Assembly: GCA_011109175.1 (NCBI GenBank) | Contig: RDEW01000011.1 | Coordinates: 1,236,209-1,300,208 of the forward strand | DNA from: Dicyema japonicum | Taxonomy: Eukaryota > Animalia > Dicyemida | Direction: 5' to 3' | Length of the DNA: 64,000 nucleotides | Shown: positions 34,136-46,583 of the stretch, piece after piece | Layout of the letters: every line of letters begins with the position of its first letter | Position numbering within the stretch: position 1 is the first letter of the stretch | Translations under genes and position numbers: made by a program | The notes under the pieces: generated by a model | The model's input: only the letters and a program-made list of their open reading frames with translations | Database searches by the model: none | Told to the model about the DNA's origin: nothing

Positions 34136-36349
34136 ATTTTATGTTTTCTCGGAAGTGCTAGTAATTTGTTGTATCCCCGACCTCCATGAACAGCAGACGT
34201 TTTTTTCAAACTTTCATAAAATTGGAGAAACATCATTTCACATTTAAAGGCAGCCGAATTTAATCCCGAATAATTTTTTGGATAAATATAATCTCTCCTT
34301 ATTAGGCTCTCAGCTTTCCCTGGTATTATTTAATTTGTTTTTTTATGATGTCCCATAGATTGAGGACCTGAAACATTATTCTTGTCATATACGAAGTCAT
34401 TATCACCTCTAGAAATAGTTCTCCTTCCATGATGAATTGGTTTTCATGGAATAACTGCGTGTGTCATCAGCAAAATCTACCTCCAATCTATTCACGCCGG
34501 ATCGCCGCTTCTGAGGTTCGCCTGGGATATGTGCCTATAACCGTTTAGAAACCCCTATAATATTTGGCGTAAATATGACCTTCATAAGGCATGCCGACCA
34601 ATTCCTAACGAAAGGATTCCAGAAATTGAATGTCCTCAATGAAATTGTTGCAAAGAGCCTGTACCAAGTAGATCACATATGTAAATTATATGAATCATAG
34701 TTCCCACTATGTTTCATAGAAGTATGTACTCTGGGTCGTCGTCGGACGAAATCAGCTCCCTACACGAGAATAGTCTTACATAACTCCCTTGTCGGAGTCG
34801 TCATTAAGAAGAAATCGTTCCCACTATGTTTCATAGAAGTATGTACTCTGGGTCGTCTTCGGACGAAATCAGCTCCCTACACGAGAATAGTCTTACATAA
34901 CTCCTTTGTCGGAGTCGTCATTAAGAAGGAATGACCGATGATTCCTACAATTCTGTCAAGAGCCAGTATATCTACTATGTTTATCCGTATTAGGCTCTGA
35001 AAATAGACGGTCCTTCCTTAGACATCCGTCCTCCGTCGACTTCCTATAGAGACTTCATAGGACGTTGGGTCTCTTAATGAACACAGGACGAAAATGACAA
35101 GGACGATGAGGAGAACGAGGTTCATGTAAATAAATTGCCCAAAAATATAAAACACATTGTCCGTATAGAAAGATATCTCCCAGATTGAACCCCGTTCTTT
35201 TAACAAAATATTTATTACTTTGGCGGGGGTGGAAATACCGATAATCATTTTTAGGGGTTCCTTTGCTCTTATGGCTTTAACAAAGATATGTAACGCCCAT
35301 TAATCGGAACCCTACTATCTGGAAGTCATCCGATATATGGCAGATCCTGATATCCTTTTGTTCATTGCCAGAAATGTTAGAGAAGCTAATTATCGATATG
35401 ATCTCCCAATATATCCTCATGACCTCCTTTCCAAATGTCTCTTAACGTCAACTCATTTCAGTATACGAACAACTCACTAATTCTATGGAGATGACATAAT
35501 TCTTACATAAGAGACAAATGTGTCAATAAACCACCGGAGGATAGCAAGATCTTATCAATCTTCTAAAGAGATGGTTGGACACAAGTGCAGAAAAATTTGT
35601 ACACAACGCTCTTTGCCTCTAATTGTCTAACTTGGTGGTTACGAAAGGCAAATTCTCAAAAACACGGTATTGGGTGTTAGGTTTGACTTTTTCATGAACT
35701 TCGGAGAAACTTGTCCTCTTACCAAATAAAACACACATAAAGGCTTTCCATGCACAATAAATGAGATTTTAGTGGCGGAAACATTCATGGGAAGAAGAAA
35801 CCTGGCAGGAATTTTACTCGCTAATTTTATCCAATAGTAAAGCACCCTTACAGGAGACTACAAAGATATACGAGGAGAAAGACACAATTGCAAAAACTCA
35901 AGAAAATTTGGTTAGTGGGCAAAAAACATAAAAGCAGGACTAAACCTATATAACGTATTGGGTAAGCCTGTTATACAACCTGGGAGTTGTTTGTAAAAAG
36001 CAAAAGTGAAGGATAGCATTGTTGTTAGTTTATTGAGTAGTATATCACCATAATATAGGGAAAGTGCATTAATATAAAGACTACATCTCCACATATTACC
36101 AATATTTATAATTAATCAAGAGAAGTTCTCCCTGGACGGCACTTCCTTTAAGTCTGAGGATACGAAAGTCGGGATCACCTGAATTTTTTTATTCCAGCCG
36201 TAAAAGTGGTTTTTTGGTTCAATAAATTTAATAAACCAACCACTTTACCAAACGACGTAATTTATAAATCCACTACTATTTTGAAAAAAAATAAAAGAAA
36301 AACAAAGTCAAAAAATAAAAATTAAATTTATTTCACGAATATATATAGT

Positions 36350-38822
36350 TTAAGACATCTCATACATGTGAAGAGCCAATTTACAAATAAAACAAAATTG
36401 ATCCTGCAAAATAGATAAACAACCCAACCAGAGTCTGCACAACAAGTGTCCGTGCCTGTCTCATAACCTCAAGTATTTTAACAGGAACAACAGGTGATTT
36501 GTTAATTATCAGTCGTAATATTATCAAAGACATCATCACCACTCCAGTACGTCCAACTCCAGCACTCCAATAATATTTAATAATACCTGCAGTGCACTAA
36601 TGGCCAGTCTGTGCTCCCCACTGAGCCAAGACAATTGTTTAGGAACAAAATAAAGTCATAAAAGTTAGTCAGTTCAGAAGGGACACCGTGATCGGGCCAC
36701 TCAACATATCGGAAGTGTTGGACAAGCAAGGACCCCTCTTCCGACTGAAAATAAAGAGAAAGTTAACTTTTAAGGTAATCTCCAATAGAGAGGAGATGTA
36801 CACCCCGTAGTCCTGTTCATACAATGTCTTCACCTCAAAGCAAGAGTAAGAGACAGTTTGGTTCAAATCTGGCCAGTATTTATGGCATTTTTCAACACCA
36901 TTCTCCTTCAGTCCAGTCACCATCACTACTATATTTATCCTCCTCTCCCAAATAAGATGGTAAAAATCAGCTGTCGTGTAATCTAGCGGTCCCTGAGAGG
37001 CTATGAACTTTAAATTGATCCCATGATTGTCATACTGTCATAAAACAGGAAATAACCTCAATAGGACTGGCATTAATGTATCCACTCCCCCCAACTAAAG
37101 TGAGCAAGTTCTGGTCGTCTAGAGTAAACTAACATAGTTACAAGGAACAGTATCCCTGTATCGATTAAGGTATCTGAAGTTAGGCTCCAAAGACGTCTTA
37201 ATAGTCATATCCGGCCACATCTTGGGAACACTCTGCGGAATAAACCACATCCAAACATTGTACTGCCGTCTGATCTCTGAGTTCCTGATATCCTCCCTCA
37301 ACTGACTGATCGACGTCTTTAGGAATTTTTCAGATTCAATATCCGCAAGGTTGAGATAAAACTAAAATAACGTATAAAAATACAGTGGGCAAAAGTAAAA
37401 GCATTTTTTCAATAAAATTAACATTATTGGCGGTAAACTTCATCAGTTTTACAAAATTTTCTATTATTTTCTCAGATCGACAGGAAATTGTGACTTTGTC
37501 CGTCGTTATTTGCAGGAAGTCTCAGAAATAAGCAAATTATAAACCTTTGATAACTCCCAGTCTGATCTGGGACTTTGTTATGGAGTAACACGTGATTATA
37601 TTCTCTATCTTCTTCGCTGACATACTGAAGGTACACTTTCCATTGATGAAGATAACCGCAGAACCCAGAGGCAACCGAACAGACAGGTCTGAGCCCACGT
37701 GGCTTACATAAAGAGGAAGAGAATTCTCAAATCCTCCCTAAGATGACGCAGAGAGCATACGGATAGCTCAAAGTTGTAGGAATCGTCAATATATGAGACA
37801 TCCACGTGCTCAATCATCATATCATCGACCAAGTATCCGTATTTGATGAGATCTGTGACAGGGAGACTGGCAGGAACTCGACGTCTTGAATGATAAGGAG
37901 AGTTACCTGGAATAAAACATGCAGCTTTCGATACAGACACGTGAGAAACTCTTGGCAATAAAGGGGGAAAGAAATTGGAGGAGAAAATACTGCGTTGGGA
38001 TACTATTGGCCTTGTCAGCCATGACTTGCATCTTAACTACTGAGGATTTGATTGAGATTTTCTCAAATTTTACCCAGGTTACGCAGAGGTTGATGGTACC
38101 CCTGGTGAACCGGATTCCCAGACAGCCAATAATAGCTTCGACGTCAAGCCCTGAGTACTTGTCCTGGAGTAAGGTATCGTAGAAACCTTGCAGTCAAAAC
38201 AAAAAGTGCCATCCAGGTAGAACTTAGACTGGGAGACCCTGAACATGAACGAGTTAAGGGTCACAATCGGAGGAAGGTCACTAAAATGATGAATACTAAT
38301 ACATTATTTCCGAGGAAGTGGGATTTCCTAGATTAAGTCCGTGATTAAAAGTGTCTTCCATTAGAGAAAACTCTTCGACTCCTATTTCATCTCTGTGAAG
38401 GTCAATCAAATCTTTTAGCCCATAGGCAAAGAAAACTCTGAAATATTATGGAAAATTACTTTGTTGCATAATCAGGAATACTCTGAGGATCCTTCACGTG
38501 GAAGCAGACCCCAAAAAACAGCGGAATTGAGTTATCGTTGTGTACTTTAGTAAACATAGCGAATCTACCTATTTGATCTTCCAATGACTCTTTTTTGTCA
38601 AGCCAGAACTAAAGTAAAGTGAAAAGGAAACGTCATTTTTCTTAATTTCAGATTTTATGAAAAGTCCAAAGTATGAGGGATCCTCTATCCCACACAATTC
38701 GCAGATATCTTCCACGAGTCTGCCAACAGTCAATGATTTCTGTAGTGAGAGGACAAACTTACATCAAAAAGAGTGGTGATTTTTGTATTTCGGTTGAGTT
38801 GTAAGATAACACAAGTAATCAT
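36350..38822 (-). CDS. PTPN4: FERM-PDZ-PTP non-receptor tyrosine phosphatase (PTPN3/PTPN4/Ptpmeg-like)
   Basis: FERM (SYFGL, FWLDKK, LFFGVCF). PDZ (YNFELSGGFENSLPLYVSHV...FING). PTP (LNRYRD, YINAS, FIASQGP, KCHKYWP, WPDHGVP, HCSAGVGRTG across a 22-nt intron, VQT). Some internal exon junctions are uncertain. Confidence 0.88.
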
Positions 38823-39149
38823 TACGGAAAGGCAATAAAATAGCCTATATATGACAAGTGCGTATTAGGAATTAATTGTTGCCGTTTAATAACCATTTTA
38901 TTATAATTAGGATTATTATTTATTTAAGTATAATTTAATCCTCAATTATATAAAGTTTAATTACCAACGTGGAATTTAAAATTGTGGCTGGGCGACTTCC
39001 CTTCCGGTCGACCTAGAAGTGTACGGTATGGTAACATCAAATCAAAATCTTATTTAAGTATAATTTAATCCTCAATTATATAAAGTTTAATTACCAACGT
39101 GGAATTTAAAATTGTGGCTGGGCGACTAACCTTCCGGTCGACCTAGAAG

Positions 39150-39460
39150 TGTATGGTATGGCAACATCAAATCAAAATCTCCTCTGTTTCTGAACGGAGT
39201 AACAAGGACCCCCCACTGTCACCTGTAATATTCAACCTGGCTTTATCCGAAATATCAATGATCCACTTTACTATCGCCTTTAGGAACAGAGCCCCATTCC
39301 TCGTGATTGCCTCTGTCCAATCACACCCCAACAGGGTGCATAATTGGCTCGGTATTAATTTATTTACGATGCCTGCAGTACTTACCTTGCCTTGTAATAT
39401 GATTAGATTCTCGAAACAGAATCCCACGTTTCTACTACGGAAAGCGTTGCACCAATCATA
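39150..39460 (+). mobile_element. Non-LTR RT remnant
   Basis: NGV.QGPPLSPVIFNLAL (frameshifted RT motif). Confidence 0.45.
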
Positions 39461-39741
39461 GAATGCCTTTTTCAAAATAGCCACGTCACTTTTCCTTGTA
39501 AGTTATATTATATCTGGACTCTGCTCAAGCTGCCTTTGGCTTATAAATTTGTCACAGCTAAAGTCCACGTGGGAGATTCAACCTTAGTACTTAATAATTA
39601 TGAGAATAAAGCAGGATTAGCATTATAAAAAACTGAAATAACTATCACATCTGCCATGATGTGAATATTAGTATTATTTATTGATTTAAACTTTCATACA
39701 ACTAAGATATTGTTAAATCATGTGTAATAAAATAAATAAAA

Positions 39742-40428
39742 TCATGTGTAATCAACCTTAAACGGTAAAGGTGGCTAACACTCTCCAAAAATAGAAGGAA
39801 TCTCGACAGTCAGCCATGGAAGAAGCTATGAATGAAATAAGTTATTACTCCATATGCGAGACAATGACTAATCCCGAATTTGGGGATATTTTTGGCCCAA
39901 AGAGGACAAAAGTGATCATCCAAACAAATCCTTCCTCCCCTAAATTTAGAGTTTCTTGTTACCTGTACATTTTGGCTGTCTTTCCGTCTAACTCGCTTAT
40001 TATTATCTCAGGGGGACACATCGGATAGGCAGCGGGGATCTTGATCTGAAACTAGTTAGTACCTCGATTGAGAACTCAAAGGAATGTCTAGTCTTATTTA
40101 CGATAACATGACAAGTTCCCGTCCACAAAGTCCCCTCTGTATTAGCCTTCATTGTGAACCAGTCATTCGTTAGTACCTCAATTGAGAACTCAAAGGAATG
40201 TCTCGTCTTATTTACGATGACATGACAAGTTCCCGTCCACAAAGTCCCCTCTGTATTAGCCTTCATTGTGAACCAGTCATTCCCACTCTTTTTGTTATTC
40301 CTTACATACTAAGGTTAGTCAGTTTATACTTGGATGAGTGAGTTGTACTCCTCCTTAAGTCTCTGAACCCAGGCTCCCTTATCTAATGGAGAGGCTTTAA
40401 TGGTCATTTCGGGGATAACAGAATCCAT
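39742..40428 (-). CDS. UFC1: UFM1-conjugating enzyme UFC1
   Basis: [35 protein letters not shown]...[39 protein letters not shown]. Introns 21-23 nt. Includes a 114-bp duplication (probable artefact). The exact stop is uncertain. Confidence 0.93.
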
Positions 40429-40488
40429 GTTGTTCAGACAAATAGAAGAATATTTTGTTAAAATTTTAAAATTAAAATTGAAAGTTAA

Positions 40489-43400
40489 TTAATCTCTATT
40501 AATAGTTTTTAGTCTAACAAACTCCCTGGCATGCTCATCGTCCGTCCTTTGGGCCAGTATTCTCACTATATCCATTTGATGACTCCCCAGTTCAACCTTT
40601 GGAAGAAGAGGAACCTTGATAAACGAGGATCCGCTCATTTCCAGACTCATCAAGGTGGCATGCTCATCGTCCGTCCTTTGGGCCAGTATTCTCACTATAT
40701 CCATTTGATGACTCCCCAGTTCAACCTTTGGAAGAAGAGGAACCTTGATAAACGAGGATCCGCTCATTTCCAGACTCATCAAGGTTATCACGGCTACTCC
40801 AATTACAGGACTCTTGGCTATGTAGTACTCCTTGCACACAATCTCAATTTCATACTGTGAGAATTTACTGTCATTTTCGAAAATACTAAAATATCAAAAT
40901 AAAAGACAATTTGAAGGACTCGTTTGGTGGGGATATCTCCTTGTTTTTCACAGCATACTTCCACTTTCTGTGACTCATACTCCTCCCACCGATGACATGG
41001 ATGTCCAAAAATGGACGAGTACTGCTTGAATCGTGGTACACCAGGTTGATCAGTGAATTAACTACTGGTAATACTCATGTATACTTCTAACGATTGCCAT
41101 TTTGTTTTTGGTTGAGGGATCCAGTGTGAGTTCTATGTAGAGTGACACGAATCCAAAATTTGTCTGGTTTTTGGGTTCTCCGTTAACTTGTAAAACTACC
41201 ATTTTCCTTGTTGAGCTCCACAAATCTTCTAATAATCTCGTCTGTGGGGAGAATCGCCAATTTCAGTATGCTTTTCAATTGATTGGAGATTTTACACTCT
41301 GCAATGAACGAATCCCCCAATCCCTTTCCGTCAGCATTAAAGTAGTTGGACAAATGTTCAATACTAGCCTCAAGGAGATGACATTTATATATTAATGATT
41401 TGTTTTCCTCCTAAAATTCATAATATCCGCACATTGGTGGTTTTCGACGTCTGCAGGGATTTTGTCATTTGGGAAAAAAACCCAGTTATTTTTGTCTGCT
41501 GAATTTTTTGTCGCCCCAACTGGGCCGGAGGAAGGATGATGTGGTTCTCCAAACAGGTCATAAGCTTGATCCAGTAGAACTAAATCCTCGTTACCCCCTA
41601 CCTTAAGAATTCTCCTGAAATTGGAGCTTGTGCAAATATCGGCCATTTCAGTTAAGCTTTGATCAGTTATAGCAACAACTTTTTATCCAAAAATAAGATT
41701 ATGGGTTTAGTGATAAAGTCCACGTGGGTTTTGGCAAACTCTCTTTTTGAATTGGAGAGGTTTACGTCATTTTTATTAAGTTGGTTGATATTTTTGGCCA
41801 TTATCTGTATTTCCTGCACAAGTTGGCTCTCGGCACTGAAAATATGTCCTCAGAGTACATTTTGACCAAAATATTTATCAAATCCTCCAGTATGTTCTTC
41901 AACTTCTTCTGTATCTCCGACAACTGGACTTTGATGATAGAGGGAAGCTAAAATCACCAGTGAACTACCCCATCTCCCCCGATTTTGTAGTAAAATGTAT
42001 TTAACTCTATTCTCAGTTGATTGATGTTGTTGAGGAGAACATAGGCCTATAAATTATCACACAAAATACCATTTTCACTTCCGAAAGCATGACTTTAAAG
42101 TCTGACTTGATGAGGTTGGAGTAGGACAGGAGGACCATGGACACCGTCTGGACTGAGAATACTGGTTACCTGCACGAATCGCATAACGTATTTCTCCTCC
42201 ACGTCGGCGTTCCTGTTTTTGATCTTTTCAACAATCTCATAGCTCTGGTTGATCAATGTAAACGTGTCCACGACTGAACTGGAGTAAAATTTGTCATCGG
42301 CACATTTTTCGAACTGCGGGTTACTGTGAGACTTACAAAGTTCTGTCGATCCCTGAAATATGCAGCCTTGCATGAGTTATGGATGATGATTTCGTTTTCA
42401 TTCAACCACAGAATAATGTAAGGATCAAACAAACTAGGGTCACTAATGGTCTCACTTAATGTATGTGCAATTCTCTATCACAAAGGCTTCCTTGTCGGAT
42501 ATTATCCTCTCGTTGAACCACTTGAGCTTGAAAAATAGGTTTATAAAGTCCCTCCACGTAATATTCTGCTGGTCCCTCCACACATTTTCTTCTGTCTATC
42601 AATGTTTGAGAGAAAACCTAAAAAGATTTTCATATCTGCCATAAGAAGTTCCCAAACAGATAGGGAAGTTATCCTTGAGAGCTTGAAGCCGTAGAAAATT
42701 CTAGATTATCAAAAATACTCGACCTTTCGAATATGTTATCGTAGACAATCACGTCCTCGTCGTAGTCCAGTCCAAGGAGCATAATAACTCTCTGCCAGTA
42801 AGAGGCCGAGTCAATTGTAGGGTCAGACTCTATTATTTGCTTGTAGGCGTTCCTGTACAGTCTATTGCAGTGTTCTAGTATATATCGATAGTTGTATTCC
42901 CCCGATGACTCTATACACTTTTCAATATGGTCGTTGGAGTTCATCGTGGTCTCGTTGAAGTACTACGACTTGGTTGAGTCATAAAACCTTCATTTTGTAA
43001 AAAATAATGCAGGAAAATAGATCCAGAGTGACTTCTAGCTTTTCTAGGCTTTCAGGGCTGTTTGAGGGGAAATTTGTCTAAATTGTAAATTTGAATAAAC
43101 TTTGTACAATGAAATGTGAATTCTAATCTCCTTGTCTAATTTTCTTATTATTGTAATGAATTTTTTAAGCTACAATAAAAAAGATAAAAACTGTCAAATC
43201 ACACTTATCGAATTCGCTAATGAATTTTAATTGGTCGACGATGATGTTGTGGGCATACCGGGAGTTTATCTTTGCCAGAAGAGTATTTATGACCCTCACA
43301 ATGTTCGAAAAATTGTAATGTTCCCAAAGACATATAAAATGACTAAATTATTACGTCATAAAATTATTACGTCATCCATTGGTAGATCCGGTCTATCTTG

Positions 43401-45076
43401 TAGCAGGTGGCGAATTCTTCTACAATCTCATTAGCATATCCACTGAAGAACTCATAAGTTTCCTAAATTGACACCTTTTATCAACCAATTCTTCAAATAA
43501 GTGTTCATGTTGATATAAATATGAAAAAATGGCCTAAAAATGAAATCTGAATACTCTATGAAGATCAAAGTAATATGTGCTGTAAGGAACCCCATTTTCT
43601 TCCTCCATTGAGAGGACTTTCAGTGCAATTTTGATAGTCCCTGAGATCACTGACCTTTCAGTCCTCTTATCTACAGTAAGTATCCATTAACTACCTAAAT
43701 TATACACCTTCACAGTCTCTCCACACAAAGTATCCAAGTCAATAATAACCTGACCGAGGAAGGCATCCTTTTCCTTGGATAGGACGTGTTTTATCTTTGA
43801 GAGAATGTGTCTGTCTTCATCCCATACTCTTATCTTGATGTTCCTGGAGTGCTGGTCACATTGACTGGTGAAATCATAAATTACTCACAAACAATTGAAA
43901 AGTCTCGTTCCAAACTGGATTCAGTGTTTTCTTTTGAATTTTTGTGATTTTCTTGTTATTTCCAACCTGTATGACCACGTAAGGATCACTGAATCCGTCC
44001 CTGTCTTTCGGGGTAAGGTTTTTGGCGGAAATTACTTAAATTGAGCACAAACCCACCTTTGACCATAATATTCATATTCCAATTAAGATTGTCTTCTATG
44101 AGTCGTTTTTTGATTTGCAAAACCAAATCTGAGTGGATCTGTGGGTCAACCGTGAATATTTTCCTACAAAAACATTTTCCATTAAACCTAATAAACTCAA
44201 ATTTTCTCAGATCATTGTTGAGTTTGTGTTCGATCAAATCCTCAATTTTAAAGCCATTTTTGTTTTTCTTGCTTTTTCTTAATTTTTCCTTTGCATTAAA
44301 AATGTCTTTGTTAACAAAACCTCTACCGATTTTGCAGTCGTAGTTCAGCAAGTCCCTGCACTTTTTGTGACATCGAATTCGACAATTCAAACACTTCAGT
44401 TGCTTTCCAAGCTGAATCCACATCACCATTTGGCACTGGTGACACCGACATGGGATAGTATACCTCTTTTTGATCATAGCGTGTATTTTTGGGGAGATGA
44501 ATGAAAAAAATGCAGCTTCGAGGGTCTTTTTGTACGTAAATAAAGTCTCAGCTCTCAGAAATCATAAACTTACAATCTTTTTATCAAAAGTCATCGAAAT
44601 CAACTCTACAGTTTCATCTTTTTCCTAAAATTGATAAATCATTTTACAATTTGGGCATTTTCAAAGTCATCTGTTTTGCCTACAATGACATTGGAATATT
44701 TACAAATATGGATTGATTCGTGGACTTTCTCTTCGGAAATCTAAAATAGAATTTGATCGATAGAACAGTTATGACTGAGGAAACCTCATAGGAGATGTGG
44801 GGGAGACATGAGTCACTAAGAGAATGTGCATGCAAATTAGATGATTTAGGAAATTCATTAATATCAGAACTTCCCCTTCTATTCTCCAAATCTTCTCTAT
44901 CCATTTCTAGTTTCTGGTAGAGAAAATAAGTGCTCGGAAGTGAAACAAATTTATCGATACAACTGTGGGGGTGGTATAGAAAATAGTTGTAGTTCTCCTC
45001 AGTCTCGTTAACTTCTAAGAGATCTCAAACAACAAGCACCATCGTATGACTTTGACTTGCCAGATTTGTCTAACAT
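40489..45076 (-). CDS. unc-13: Unc-13/Munc13 vesicle priming protein (C1, C2B, MUN, C2C)
   Basis: C1 (H...C..C...C..C..CH.KC.DLLN.DC), C2B (KDRDGFSDPY, RVWDED, FLGQ, DKRTERSVISG), MUN (YSSSVVDTFTLINQSYEI; NLFFKLKW), C-terminus RILAQRTDDEHAREFVRLK. Many 21-28 nt GT-AG introns. The start codon is tentative. Confidence 0.92.
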
Positions 45077-45232
45077 TAGGAAAGTAACGATAAATTATTA
45101 CTTTAAAAAGATAAAGGCACCGAAAATTATGAGATCGTTACAAATAATTGACTTTGGTTCAAATCAATATCAACAATTACCAACAAACATTAATTAACAA
45201 CTTATTTTGCTCAAAGTTAAAAATAATTCATA

Positions 45233-46583
45233 TCAGTGATTTCTTTCCATATGAGAGTTATATGCCACCACAGATTCAAAATCCTCTCCACAATCTCCAC
45301 ATTTGAAAGACACCCCTTCATGGACCTTCACATGCTCATGATACATCACTTCCCTTCTGAACAAAATTCCACAAGGATAGCATTCAGTTAGAGTACTCCC
45401 AGGTGTGGCCTAGTTTACTATAAATATTACATTTCTGTGGGAGTTATGGGATTGATTGGATGATGGTCTAATATCAGTTTTATTTATATCTAAAATAAAT
45501 AAAATTAGAACTTTCTAAATTAATTCCTGTATTTTTAGAATCACAAGAATTGACTTTTGGTTCTATTTTTATCCTTGGGTCAGTGGAAATTCCACGATCT
45601 TCCACAGCAGGAGTCTTCTCAATTTCCACATGGTCAGACTCCCTGACTGTCTCAAAAACAGGCTCATTAAAGGTGGATACGAATGGTCTAAAATAAAAGA
45701 AATCGGATACGTCGAATATGGGTTAATAAAACGAGGATTTAAACTGACCATGGGAGTGAAGTTGGTCTAAAAATAAGTTCAAAGAGGTAAAACCATGCAT
45801 TGTTGAGCGAGGACATTCCTAAATAAAATTAATTAGTTTAATGGCAGGATATTTGCAATCACAATTATTTATTGGTTGTGGGTCAACAGGAAATAGCTAT
45901 AATAAAAACTTACAGAATGTTTTGCTGAATCTGAAGGGCATATAGGGTATCCTGGCTCATGTTCATGGTGGGCTGAACAGTAATTCATTCAATTTACTTG
46001 TTTAGAGACTGGTAATTTCATTATGTCAGGCTTTCGCTTTCCTGCTGTTTTCGAAGAGCATTTGCATCTTCGATGAGTAATAAGGAAAATACTTAGATGA
46101 CTTGCAAGTTTCACAAGGAGGTTGATGGGATCGCATGTGACTATTCAACATGGACCTGTTGATGCATTTGTAGTCACAAAATTCACATGAATATGGTTTT
46201 TCACCTCCACTGTGCCTCGACATTGTGTGGTAATCCAAATGATGTTTAATCCTCGTCACAAAACAGCATATATTGCATCGATATGCCTGAACTCCGTTAA
46301 AATGTTCCTTCTCTTTGTGCTGGTAGAACTCGTCCTATCACTAAAATCACACTGTACCTCATTTGTAGTGACAAAAGAACAATACCTGCATTTGTATTTT
46401 TTTTCCTTTTTATTTCGTCTGGTAGTATTTTCTTTGCCATTATCAGCTTATAATAAAAAACATTGTTAACCAGTGGTCTGTTCTTTGTCTGATTCCTCTT
46501 GGTTCGTCTACAATGATAAAGCGAATAACCTGAGGGGTAGCATCATCATTGGATCTACACATGAGTAATCTAGTAATCTGCAT
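45233..46583 (-). CDS. hb: Hunchback-like C2H2 zinc-finger transcription factor
   Basis: Central fingers YKCRYC..., FVTRIKHHLDYH and YKCINRSMLNSHMRSH match the hunchback KHHLEYH / NKSMLNSH signatures. C-terminal pair ECYPCGILF...H...H / FKCGDCGE...HMERNH*. Introns 22-25 nt. Confidence 0.85.

Noticed and set aside
34200-34420. Tc1-like remnant (NLWDIIKNKL) on the minus strand
   Set aside because: Single short motif, with no supporting DDE residues or TIR.
39167-39484. Minus-strand 105-aa ORF as a fourth gene of the cluster
   Set aside because: No consistent start or splice model, and the opposite strand carries an RT motif.
40046-40062. 17-nt intron in UFC1
   Set aside because: The next AG gives a 23-nt intron that aligns with the orthologue without a two-residue insertion.
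40003-40266. Genuine repeat-domain proteins implied by duplicated peptides in the ORF track (also 40489-40839 and 24201-24755)
   Set aside because: They come from local near-identical duplications that are most likely assembly artefacts.
42542-42557. 16-nt GT-TA intron in unc-13
   Set aside because: A canonical 26-nt intron upstream yields the correct frame (RDFINLFFKLKW).
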